Positions 19,943 through 29,600 of a DNA stretch of 64,000 bases are shown piece by piece. The position numbers were made by a program, and so were the translations under genes. Where the stretch lies: contig OZ219918.1 of assembly GCA_964291415.2 (NCBI GenBank), positions 768,001-832,000 on the forward strand, given 5' to 3'. Below the pieces are notes generated by a model. The model was not told where the DNA came from and made no database searches. It saw only the letters and a program-made list of their open reading frames with translations. The stretch's first letter is position 1, and each line of letters starts with the position of its first letter. This DNA is from Alphaproteobacteria bacterium. GTDB lineage: Bacteria > Pseudomonadota > Alphaproteobacteria > SP197.

Positions 19943-20917
19943 TTGGGCGAAGGCGTTCTCACTCCCCAGACCCAGGCGTTTCACGGCACCGTGTCGCTCC
20001 CGCGACGCGAGCTGAAGACCCTGATGCAGCGCTCGGATCTTCCGGCTCTCACCCGTCTTCCGCTGTGGTACGGCGTGCTGGCCTCCACGACCCTTCTGGT
20101 GTGGACGGCGCTCGGCACCTGGTGGCTCGTTCCGGCGATGTTCGTCCACGGAGTGGTGATGGTTCATCACTTCTCGCTGCAGCACGAGTGCATACACTTC
20201 ACCGCGTTTCGCACGCGACGGATCAACGAGTGGGTCGCGGCGTGGTGCGGCTTCTGGATCTGCGTTCCGCCCGTCTTCTTTCGTTACGAACATTGCGATC
20301 ACCACACGCACACCCAGATCGCAGGCCGCGATCCCGAGTTGATTCCCCTGTCCGGCACCGTGTGGGGGCACCTTGCCTATCTGTCGTCCCTGCCGTACTG
20401 GCGCGGCATGCTCGGCGGCCTCCTCAGACACGCATGGGGACGCCTGAGCGTCGCCGAGAGGCGCTTCGTTCCGCCGGAGGAGCGAAAGGCGGTCGTCGTC
20501 GAAGCGCGCGTGTTCCTCGCCCTCTATCTCGCCGTTGCCGTGTCCATGATCGCCTTCGACAGGTGGGAACCGCTCTGGTTCTGGTGGCTGCCGGTATTCC
20601 TGGGCGAACCCGTCATGCGCCTCATCCGCATGACGGAACACGTCGGCCGGCCCAATGTGCGCGACATGACGACCAACACGCGCACCACCCTGGTGTCCTG
20701 GCCCTGGCGCTTCCTGGCATGGAACATGCCGTTCCACGCCGAACACCACTTCGCTCCATCGGTTCCGTTCCATGCCCTGCCCGCGCTTCACGAGACGCTG
20801 AAAGGGCGCCTGCACGTCGAAGCCGGCGGCTATCTTGGCGTCCACCGGGGCATCGTGGACCAGATCGCGGGCCGATCCGCGCGCCTCGGCGACCACGTGG
20901 ATTCCGATGCCCGATGA
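19943..20917 (+). CDS. Membrane di-iron fatty-acid-desaturase-family oxygenase (MocD-like)
   Basis: His boxes HECIH, HCDHH and HAEHH, plus PSVPFHALP and RMTEH. TTG start with a GGAGGG RBS. Confidence 0.85.
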   Translation: MGEGVLTPQTQAFHGTVSLPRRELKTLMQRSDLPALTRLPLWYGVLASTTLLVWTALGTWWLVPAMFVHGVVMVHHFSLQHECIHFTAFRTRRINEWVAAWCGFWICVPPVFFRYEHCDHHTHTQIAGRDPELIPLSGTVWGHLAYLSSLPYWRGMLGGLLRHAWGRLSVAERRFVPPEERKAVVVEARVFLALYLAVAVSMIAFDRWEPLWFWWLPVFLGEPVMRLIRMTEHVGRPNVRDMTTNTRTTLVSWPWRFLAWNMPFHAEHHFAPSVPFHALPALHETLKGRLHVEAGGYLGVHRGIVDQIAGRSARLGDHVDSDAR

Positions 20918-21224
20918 TCGCTGGCGCGATCTGATCGCCGTTGCCCGCCTTGATCGCGGTGATGTCACGCCCGCGCTTCTCGACGGTCGACGTCTGGCAG
21001 TCTACGACACGCCGGGCGGCATCCACGTGACGTCGGCCCGCTGCAGCCATGGCGGCGCAGATCTGTGCGACGGCTATCTCGACGGTTTCCGGATCGAATG
21101 CCCGTTGCACCAGGGGTGTTTCGACATCCGCACCGGCAAGGCCACCGGTCGTCCGGCGACGCGGCCCATCAGGGTCTACGCCTGCCGTGTCGTCGACGGG
21201 GTGGTGCAGATCGACTGGACGTAG
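20907..21224 (+). CDS. Rieske 2Fe-2S ferredoxin (MocE-like)
   Basis: CSHGGADLCDG...IECPLHQGCFDIRTGKA. Overlaps the end of the desaturase gene. Confidence 0.9.
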   Translation: MPDDRWRDLIAVARLDRGDVTPALLDGRRLAVYDTPGGIHVTSARCSHGGADLCDGYLDGFRIECPLHQGCFDIRTGKATGRPATRPIRVYACRVVDGVVQIDWT

Positions 21225-21311
21225 GCACGATCACCCGCACTCGCTCCGGGGCAGCTCCGCCTCCTGGCGTCAAGGGCGTTCCGGGAAGGGCAGTTGTTGG
21301 TCTTCTTGCGC

Positions 21312-21346
21312 AAACGAAAAGGGCCCGGCGAACACCGGGCCCTTCG
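21312..21346 (-). terminator. Rho-independent terminator of the substrate-binding protein gene
   Basis: 10-bp stem AAGGGCCCGG / CCGGGCCCTT (21319-21344) followed on the minus strand by a T-rich tail, about 20 nt after the stop at 21364. Confidence 0.75.
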
Positions 21347-21363
21347 CATCGTACCGGGAACGA

Positions 21364-22968
21364 TCAGACGGTGCCTTCGGCGAACCACCAGCGCTCCGGT
21401 GCGCGGTTCCCGTCGAGCGACCATTCGCCCGACACGCTCTCGGTGTGCCGCACGTTGAGCCCGGTGGCCCAGATGTAGTTGCGGAAGAACGGCACGATCG
21501 TGCCGCCGTCGTCGCGCACGAGCCGCTGCATCTCCGAGTACATCTCCCCGCGGAGTTTGTCGTCGAGTTCGGCACGGGCCTGGATCAACAACTCGTCGAA
21601 GCGCTCGTTCTGCCAATGCGCGTCGTTCCAGGGCGCAGGCCCGTAGTAGCCCAGCGAGAAGATCATGTCGGGCGTCGGGCGCGGGCCCCAGCCGCACAGG
21701 CAGAAGGGCTTGACGAGCCAGACGTTCGACCAGTAGCCGTCTTCCGCCTCGCGAATGACGTTGACGTCGATGCCAGCGGCCTTGGCCGACTCCTGGTAGA
21801 GGACCGAGAAATCGACGCCGCCGACGAACGGCACCTCCGAGGTCGAGAAGTCGACGGCGAGGCTGTCCAAGCCGGCCTGCTGGAGATGCCACTTCGCCTT
21901 GTCGGGGTCGTACACCCGCTGCTCGATATCGGGATCGAAGTAGGGCATCGTCGGGGGGATGGGATGGTCGTTGCCGACCGTGCCATGACCGCGCAGCACG
22001 ACGTCGAGCGCGCCCTCGCGATCGAGGGCGTGCTTCAGGGCCAGACGGACGTTGACATCGTTGAACGGCGCAACGTCCGTGTGCATGGGCATGCTGGCGT
22101 GCTGGCCGGTCGCGATCTCCTCGACGATCACGTTCTCGTTTTGGGCGAGGAGATCCGCGGTCTTCGGGTCGGCCTCGATCATGGCGTCGAACTGGCCTGT
22201 CTGCACACCCGCCTCGCGCGCGATCACATCGGTCACCTGATGGATCTCGACGGCGTCGAAGTTCGCCTTGCCCTCCTTGTAGTAGTTGGGGTTCCTCGAA
22301 CCGATGGCCACGATGCCGGGTTCGAACTCCTCCAGCACATAGCCGCCGATGCCGACTCCGCTCCAGTCGATGCTGCCCTCGCCATCGGACGGGAACATGA
22401 CGAAATGATAGTCGGTCATGATGTAGGGCAGGTCGGCGTTGCCGGTTTCGAGATCGATTCTGACGGTGTGGGCGTCCTCGGCCGTGATGTCGGTGACCGT
22501 CGAGAGCAACGCCGTGCCGCCCGAAGTCGAGTTCGGGCCGCGGTGATGGTTGAGCGAGGCAACCACGTCGTCAGCCGTGAAGCTCTTGCCATTGTGGAAC
22601 TCCACGCCCTTGTGCAGATTGAAGAACCAGGTCTTGGCGTCGGGCGTCGCTTCCCAGCTCTCGGCGGCATCGGGACCCAACTCTTGATCGGACGTGATTT
22701 CGGTCAGGTTGTTGGTGATCATCCGCGGCAGGAAAATCTGGAAGGTCGACTCGTAGGTCGCCGGATCCAGGCTGTCAGTGGTGTTGCCGTCGTCCACCGC
22801 AATACGGAACGTGCCGCCCTTCGTCGGCGTTTCCGCCAGCGCGGCGTTGTTTGCGAGCGTGCCAGCCGCGGCGGCCGTCACGCCGAGCGCGGTCGCCTGC
22901 TGGATGAAGTCGCGGCGGTTGATGCGGCCGTCAAGCGCCGCGCGTTTGAGATCGTTCAATGTGGTCAT
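21364..22968 (-). CDS. Peptide-type ABC transporter substrate-binding protein (family 5), Tat-exported
   Basis: INRRDFIQ Tat motif, DSLDPA, GVEFHNGK..TADDVVASLNHH, DGYWSNVW, PWNDAHW. ATG 22968 with a GAGGAAGG RBS. Confidence 0.92.
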   Translation of the reverse strand: MTTLNDLKRAALDGRINRRDFIQQATALGVTAAAAGTLANNAALAETPTKGGTFRIAVDDGNTTDSLDPATYESTFQIFLPRMITNNLTEITSDQELGPDAAESWEATPDAKTWFFNLHKGVEFHNGKSFTADDVVASLNHHRGPNSTSGGTALLSTVTDITAEDAHTVRIDLETGNADLPYIMTDYHFVMFPSDGEGSIDWSGVGIGGYVLEEFEPGIVAIGSRNPNYYKEGKANFDAVEIHQVTDVIAREAGVQTGQFDAMIEADPKTADLLAQNENVIVEEIATGQHASMPMHTDVAPFNDVNVRLALKHALDREGALDVVLRGHGTVGNDHPIPPTMPYFDPDIEQRVYDPDKAKWHLQQAGLDSLAVDFSTSEVPFVGGVDFSVLYQESAKAAGIDVNVIREAEDGYWSNVWLVKPFCLCGWGPRPTPDMIFSLGYYGPAPWNDAHWQNERFDELLIQARAELDDKLRGEMYSEMQRLVRDDGGTIVPFFRNYIWATGLNVRHTESVSGEWSLDGNRAPERWWFAEGTV

Positions 22969-23354
22969 GATGCCTTCCTCAGTCTGGTTCCGGTCCCAGG
23001 CGCGTACCTGTCCCAATGGGATCGGGGCACAGTAGCCTCGATCATGATCCGTAGCAAAACTCCTTGCCACCTGGGCTCAAGGCGGAGAACGGCCGGCGGT
23101 GATTGACTCCGGGCGAGACCAATAGGGTGGCCGCCTCGCGCCGAGGCGGGTGGCCTGTTCGCAAGCGTGAATGAAGCGCACGAGTCGCAGTTTGTCGCCC
23201 GGAAGTCCGGCCTCCGAGAAACCTGAGGAATCCTCCGCAGCGACATGGCCGACACCCTTCGGCTACTTCGCTGCAACCTTCAAGACGCGATTCAACATCG
23301 TCACCGACCATGGCGTCAGGGCTGTACGTGCGGCCGATGAACGGCACCAACGCT

Positions 23355-23600
23355 GTCGTCCGAAACGGCATCGTCGTACATTTTCGATGCGGCGGGCCCG
23401 CGATGGTCCCGGTTGACCGAGACCCGGCGCTTGATCTCATCGTCCAGCCGGAAGAACGCAAGCCCTGCCGCCTGGGCTTCGGTGATCAGATCTTCGTCAA
23501 TTCCGTGGTTGCCAACTCAGAGAAAGTCCACGTCGCGGTTCGCTTCAAAGACGGCACGAGCGACGTCTGCCTCGCCCGAACCATCGCGGCCTGCGATGAG
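23355..23600 (-). pseudogene. Remnant of an isopenicillin-N-synthase-like 2OG-Fe(II) oxygenase (N-terminal DIOX_N region)
   Basis: The frame reads LIAGRDGSGEADVARAVFEANRDVDFL*VGNHGIDEDLITEAQAAGLAFFRLDDEIKRRVSVNRDHRG...SKMYDD. In-frame TGA at 23517-23519; no catalytic C-terminal domain follows. Confidence 0.65.
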
Positions 23601-23761
23601 TCCTCGAGACCGACAGTCCCTTTTCCCCTTTTCGTCCGGCTGCCGAACTGGCGATGCGCGGGTGACGAATGGACACGATGCCGGATGATCCATGAGGGTG
23701 TTTTCGCTGGATGCGCCGGTGATGTAATGTTCGGGCCGGGGCTCGCTCCTGGGAGGGCAAC

Positions 23762-24718
23762 GTGAGCGCGTACGCCAATCTTGAAAGACGTCTGGCGCGG
23801 CGTGAGGTCATCCTTCTCGACGGCGCCATCGGCACCCGGCTCCAGAGCATGGGTGTGCCCATGTCCGGGCTTGCCTGGGCAGCAGCCGCGCTGGAAACCC
23901 ACCCCTTCACCGTGCGCCGCATGCACGAGGAGTACATCGCGGCCGGCGCCGACATCATCACAACCAACACCTATTCCTCGGCACGCCATAACCTCGAGCC
24001 CATCGGACTCGGCGACAAGCTTGTCGAACTCAACCTGCGCGCCGTCATGCTGGCGGAGGATGCCCGCGACAGGAAGGCGAGGGACCGCCCCGTGCTGATC
24101 GCCGGCTCCGTCTCGAACTTCGGCCTGCGGGTCGCCTGCGAGGGAGACTACGAGGAGCGGCGGAGCGAGACCTCCGAGGCCCAGGCCCGGGAGAATCTCC
24201 GCCAGCAGGCCGACATCCTGGCCGAGGCCGGGGTCGACTTTCTGATCGCTGAATCGACCGGTGGCAACATTCATCGCAAGTGGGTTGTCGAGGCGTGTCT
24301 CGCGACCGGCCTGCCGGTGTGGCCCGGCTTCAAGATCAGGCAGGACGACGACGAAGAGACGCCCAGGCTGGGCTATTCGTCGCCCCAGACCATTGCCGAG
24401 GGCTTCGACGAGGTGATGGCGCTCGGTGGCGACGTGGTCTGCCTCTTCCATTCGCCGATCAGGGCGACCGACGCGGCGCTCGACGTGGTGCGTGCCAGGT
24501 GGCAGGGACCGATCTGCGTCTACCCCGAAGCCGAGCGCATGGACTATGTCGACACCTACCGGGACCGGGAAAGGCCAACACCGGTCACGCCGGAGGAGTT
24601 CACGGCATGGGCCAGGGACTGCGTCGAGGCCGGTGTGCAGATCGTAGGAGGTTGTTGCGGCATCGAGATCGAGCATATCCGGCCGTTGCGCGACGCACTG
24701 CCGACACACCTGTCCTGA
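23762..24718 (+). CDS. Homocysteine S-methyltransferase family protein (stand-alone, BHMT/MmuM/MetH N-terminal fold)
   Basis: ILLDGAIGT, HEEYIAAGADIITTNTY, LIAGS, GVDFLIAE, IVGGCCG. Confidence 0.9.
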   Translation: MSAYANLERRLARREVILLDGAIGTRLQSMGVPMSGLAWAAAALETHPFTVRRMHEEYIAAGADIITTNTYSSARHNLEPIGLGDKLVELNLRAVMLAEDARDRKARDRPVLIAGSVSNFGLRVACEGDYEERRSETSEAQARENLRQQADILAEAGVDFLIAESTGGNIHRKWVVEACLATGLPVWPGFKIRQDDDEETPRLGYSSPQTIAEGFDEVMALGGDVVCLFHSPIRATDAALDVVRARWQGPICVYPEAERMDYVDTYRDRERPTPVTPEEFTAWARDCVEAGVQIVGGCCGIEIEHIRPLRDALPTHLS

Positions 24719-24972
24719 CGGCGTCGGGAGTCTGCGGCTCGACCCTTGACGCGGGCATCACCGGCGAACCAGTCACGGACTTCGTCGAGCGCCGCGTCGC
24801 TATCGACAGGAGCAGGGATGCGGCCGAAGATCGCCGTCACGCGGAGGCGATCGAACGTCTCGAGTTGCTGGGCTGGAGTCCCGATCCGCAGGCCGTGAAC
24901 CCCTGATCCGCAACAACGGCATCGATTCGAACTGTCGGCAGGGCTCCCACACAGTTGGTCAGGAGAATTGAG

Positions 24973-25452
24973 ATGAACGGTGACGACCCGCTGTTTTCAG
25001 ACATCTACCAGGTGGACGTGCCCGATTCCTGGACGGATCACTACGGCCACATGAACGAAGGATACTTCGTGGTGGCGGCCAGTGACGCCTCATGGGCGTT
25101 CCAGGCGCACCTCGATATCGGTACCGCCTACTACGACAGGACCGGATGCGCCCTGGTGACGGTGGAAACGCATGTCCGCTACCTGGCCGAGGTGTCGAGG
25201 GACGAGTGTCTTTCCTTCGACAGCCTTGTCATTGGTCATGACGCCAAGCGCCTCCACATCGGTCATGTCTTTCGTGTCGGTGAACGTCAGTGCGGGACCA
25301 TCGAGTGCATGTGGCTCCATCTCGACCACCAGGCGGGACGAACGAAACCCTTTTCGCCGGACATCGATTCACGCCTTGCCGCGCTGGAGTGGAAGGAGCC
25401 GCCGGAATGGGCGGGACGCCATATCGGGCTCGCAAGGGGCGCGCGCCGGTGA
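24973..25452 (+). CDS. Hotdog-fold acyl-CoA thioesterase (CdhB/betainyl-CoA thioesterase-like)
   Basis: WTDHYGHMNEGYF, TVETHVRYLAEV, DAKRLH. AGGAG RBS before ATG 24973. Confidence 0.8.
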   Translation: MNGDDPLFSDIYQVDVPDSWTDHYGHMNEGYFVVAASDASWAFQAHLDIGTAYYDRTGCALVTVETHVRYLAEVSRDECLSFDSLVIGHDAKRLHIGHVFRVGERQCGTIECMWLHLDHQAGRTKPFSPDIDSRLAALEWKEPPEWAGRHIGLARGARR

Positions 25453-25536
25453 CTCCAATCCCCGGCCGCTCTGCGCTATAGTGCCGCTCCAGAGAACAGT
25501 CATCACCGGCACACGGCCCGTGATGAATCCGGCACC

Positions 25537-26640
25537 ATGAAATTCTCCCACATTCTCGCAGTTGTCTTCGCGATAGGTGCCGCAGCCTGGGTGCTGTCCG
25601 GCAATCTCGGCGACGATGTGCCCGCAGCAGAGGGCGATGCAGGGCCTGCGCCGGAAACCGTGACCGAGACGCCACCTGCCACCTCCGTCAGGGTCGCAAC
25701 GAGTGTCGCGACACCCCATGCGCTCGAACTGACCCTGACGGGACAGACCGCGGCCGAGAGAATTGTGGCGATCAGCGCACGGACAGCGGGCCGCGTCGAA
25801 TCCGTTGAGGTGCGGGAAGGCGATTTCGTTGATGCTGGCGACCTGATCGCCCGGTTGGCTCCCGACGACCGCATGGAGCGCCTGGAAAAGGCCCGGTCAA
25901 GCGTCCGTCTGCGTGAGATCGAGCACGAAGCGGCTTCCAGGCTGGCAGAGAGCGGTTGGCAGTCCGAAGCCGCGGAGGCCGAAGCGCTGGCCCAGCTCGA
26001 CCAGGCGCGGTCCGACCTCGCGGCCATTCTTCTCGACATCGAGCGCACGCGAATCAAGGCGCCGATATCGGGCATTCTCGAGGAACTCGATGTCGAGGAG
26101 GGATCGATCGTCTTCAGCGGTGCCGTCGCCGACACGCTCGGCAAGATCGTGGATCTCGATCCGATCACCGTTGTCGGCTTTGTCAGCGAAACCCGCGTGG
26201 CGAGCATCGAGACCGGGGCCCGGGGCATGGTGACACTGGCGACGGGAGAGACCGTGTCGGGGATGGTGCGCTACATTGCCAGAACTGCGGATGAACGGAC
26301 CCGGACCTACAGGATCGAACTGGACGTTCCCAACCCGCAGCACACCATTCCGGCTGGCATGACAACGCTCGTGAGGCTGCCGCTGGCGACCGTCCCCAGC
26401 CACTTCCTTTCGCCTTCGATCCTGTCTCTCGATGACTCGGGCACGCTCGGCGTCAAGATCGTCAGCGGGGAATCGACGGTCCGTTTTCTTCCGGTGACGA
26501 TCATTTCCGCGGAAGCCGATGGCTATCACGTCGCCGGGCTCCCGGAACGGGTCACGTTGATCACCGTCGGTCACGAATTCGTCAGCGACGGACAATCCGT
26601 CACTCCGGTCCACGTCGACAGTTCTTCGGGGACGTTGTGA
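25537..26640 (+). CDS. RND efflux membrane-fusion (periplasmic adaptor) protein
   Basis: N-terminal anchor, lipoyl-like GRVESVEVREGDFV, IKAPISG, TRTYRIE. Confidence 0.9.
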   Translation: MKFSHILAVVFAIGAAAWVLSGNLGDDVPAAEGDAGPAPETVTETPPATSVRVATSVATPHALELTLTGQTAAERIVAISARTAGRVESVEVREGDFVDAGDLIARLAPDDRMERLEKARSSVRLREIEHEAASRLAESGWQSEAAEAEALAQLDQARSDLAAILLDIERTRIKAPISGILEELDVEEGSIVFSGAVADTLGKIVDLDPITVVGFVSETRVASIETGARGMVTLATGETVSGMVRYIARTADERTRTYRIELDVPNPQHTIPAGMTTLVRLPLATVPSHFLSPSILSLDDSGTLGVKIVSGESTVRFLPVTIISAEADGYHVAGLPERVTLITVGHEFVSDGQSVTPVHVDSSSGTL

Positions 26641-29600
26641 ACGCCCTCATCAACGCAGCTCTCGACCGTCCCCGTACGGTCATGCTCACCCTCGTGCTGC
26701 TCCTGGTCGTCGGCGTGTCGGTCTACATCGCGATCCCGAAGGAGTCCGATCCCGACATCAACATCCCCATCATCTACGTGTCGATGCACCACGAGGGAAT
26801 CTCGCCCGATGATGCGGTCAGCCTTCTGATCAAGCCCATGGAACAGGAGCTCCGCGGCATCGAGCATGTCAGTGAAGTCAGATCGACGGCGTATGAGGGC
26901 GGCGCCAACGTCACTCTCGAATTCGAAGCGGGATTCGATCCCGACACCGCCCTGGAAGATGTCCGGTCCAGGGTCGACATCGCCAAGACCGACCTGCCTG
27001 ACGACACGGACGATCCCACCGTGCACGAGATCAACCTGTCGCTGTTCCCCGTGCTCGTCGTGAGTCTGTCGGGCAACGTGCCGGAACGGACCATGTTGCG
27101 TCTGGCCCGCACGCTCAAGGACAACATCGAGGGTGTCAGTGAGGTTCTCGAGGCCGTCATCAAGGGAGACCGAGAAGAGGTCATCGAGGTCATCGTCGAT
27201 CCTGTCGTCCTGGAGAGCTACCGGCTCAATGTCGTGGAGATCGCGCGGGACATCAGCCGGTCCAACCGACCGGTGGCCGTCGGTCTGATGGACACCGGCG
27301 CCGGACAGTTCGCGATCAAGGTCCCGGGGCTAATCGACGACGTGAATGACTTCCTGGGTCTGCCCCTCAAGATCGAGGGCGATGCGACCGCGAATGTCGG
27401 CGAAGTGGCAGAGGTCAGGCGGACGTTCAAGGATGCCCGGGTCCATGCACGGGTGAAGGGTGAGCCGGCACTGACCATCGAGGTGTCCAAGAGAACCGGC
27501 GAGAACATCATCGAGACCATAGAAAAGGTGAGGGCCGTCGTGGCGGCAACGAGCGCCGGCTGGCCGCCGAGCGTAAAGGTCGCCTTCTCGAGGGACGAAT
27601 CGAAGGGCATCCGGCTCATGCTGGCCGACTTGCAGAACAACGTGATGACAGCCGTGCTCCTCGTGATGGTCGTGATCGTGTGGTGTCTGGGCTGGCGATC
27701 GGCCGCCCTTGTCGGTGTCGCCATACCGGGGTCGTTCCTGACCGGAATCCTGGTTCTTGCGATTGCCGGCCTGACCCTCAACATCGTCGTGTTGTTCAGC
27801 CTCATACTTGCGGTCGGCATGCTCGTCGATGGTGCCATTGTCGTCACCGAGTATGCCGACAGGAAGATGTCCGAAGGCCTCGATCGCCGCGAGGCCTACT
27901 TTGCCGCCGCCTCCCGCATGGCCTGGCCGATCACCGCTTCCACCCTGACAACACTCGTGGCGTTCTTTCCCCTCATGTTCTGGACGGGAATGGTCGGCGA
28001 GTTCATGAAGTACCTGCCGATCACCCTGATCGCCGTTCTCTCCGCGTCGCTTGCCATGGCGCTCATCTTCGTGCCCACCCTGGGATCGTTGTTTGGCAAG
28101 AGCGCCGGGCATGACAGCGACCAGGCACGGGCCCTGTCGGAGGACTCTGGCGGCAGCCTCGATGGCGTGCGTGGCTTTACCGGTCTTTATCTCGGGATTC
28201 TGCGGGTCCTGCTGCGTCACCCGGTCAAGGTTCTCCTGGTCTCGGTCCTGTTGCTGGCCGGAGTGCAGGTTGCCTACGCCCGCTACGGCAACGGCGTCGA
28301 GTTCTTTCCCGATATCGAGCCTGAAAGGGCGGCGTTCCAGATTCATGCCAGGGGCAACCTCTCGACGGCGGAAAAGGACAGTCTGGTTCGCGAGGTCGAG
28401 GACGGGTTGCTCGACATGAACGAGTTCGAGACGATCTTTGCGGCATCGGGCGGCAGAGAGGACAACCGGGGGGCCGAAGACGTCATCGGAACGGTCAACG
28501 TGGAACTCGTCGACTGGTCGCTGAGACGTCCCGCGTCCGCCATTTTCGAGGAAGTCCTCGAGAGACTTGCAGGCCTTGCCGGCATCCATGTCGAATCGCG
28601 CGGGCAGAGGCGGGGCCCGCGATCTGCGAAACCGATCAAGATTCAGGTGTCGTCGAGCGACCCGGTGCTTCTGGAAGGAGCGGTTGCCACCCTGCGCGAC
28701 CATCTCGACGAGGTGGACGGACTGAGGGATATCGAGGACAGCCGCCCGATCCCCGGAATTCAGTGGGAGGTCGTTGTCGATCGCACCCAGGCGGCGAAGT
28801 TCGGGGCGGACGTCGGCTCGGTCGGCTCGATCATTCAGCTCGTGACCAGGGGGCTGCGCATCACCACGGTGCGTCTCGAAGATTCGAATGAAGAGATCGA
28901 TGTCCTGGCCCGGTTCCCGGAAGACATGCGCACCCTTGACGGACTTGACCAGCTCCGCGTCGAGACCCCTCTGGGACACGTGCCGATCAGGAACTTTGTG
29001 GAGCGTTCGGCCAGGCCAAGAGTTGGCAGAATTCAGCGGGTGGACGGCGAACGCGTCATGACCGTCGAGGCTGATATCAAGGAAGGAGTCCTGGCGGATT
29101 CCCTGGTGCGTGACCTGCAGGCATGGCTGGGCACGGTCGAGCTCGGACCCGGCGTCGAGGTCGAATTCCGGGGTGACAATGAACGCCAGGAAGAGGCATC
29201 CGAGTTCCTGCTCAAGGCCTTCATCGTCGCGATCTTCATGATGGCCATCATTCTCGTCACGCAGTTCAACAGTTTCTATTCGGCCTTCCTCATCCTGACT
29301 GCGGTGATCATGTCGACGGTCGGGGTCATGATCGGCCTCCTTGTGACCGGCAAGCCCTACGGCATGATCATGTCGAGCATCGGCGTCATTGCTCTCGCCG
29401 GCATTGTGGTCAACAACAACATCGTCCTCATCGACACCTTTGACAGGCTGCGCCGCACCATCGGTGATCCCGTTGAAGCCATCCTGCGGACCGGGGCGCA
29501 GCGCCTCAGACCAGTGCTCCTGACCATGGTCACGACCATTCTCGGACTCATGCCCATGGTGCTGCAGGTCAACATCGATTTCGTCACCCGGGAGGTCAGC

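Noticed and set aside
23517-23519. Selenocysteine readthrough of the in-frame TGA
   Set aside because: The position corresponds to a non-catalytic aromatic residue and the gene is truncated anyway, so decay is the simpler explanation.
23310-23765. 151-aa plus-strand ORF upstream of the HMT
   Set aside because: No motifs; the region is better explained by the minus-strand oxygenase remnant.
24720-24900. Minus-strand GLRIGTPA motif resembling the SHMT C-terminus
   Set aside because: A single short motif with unconvincing flanks; not supportable without a search.
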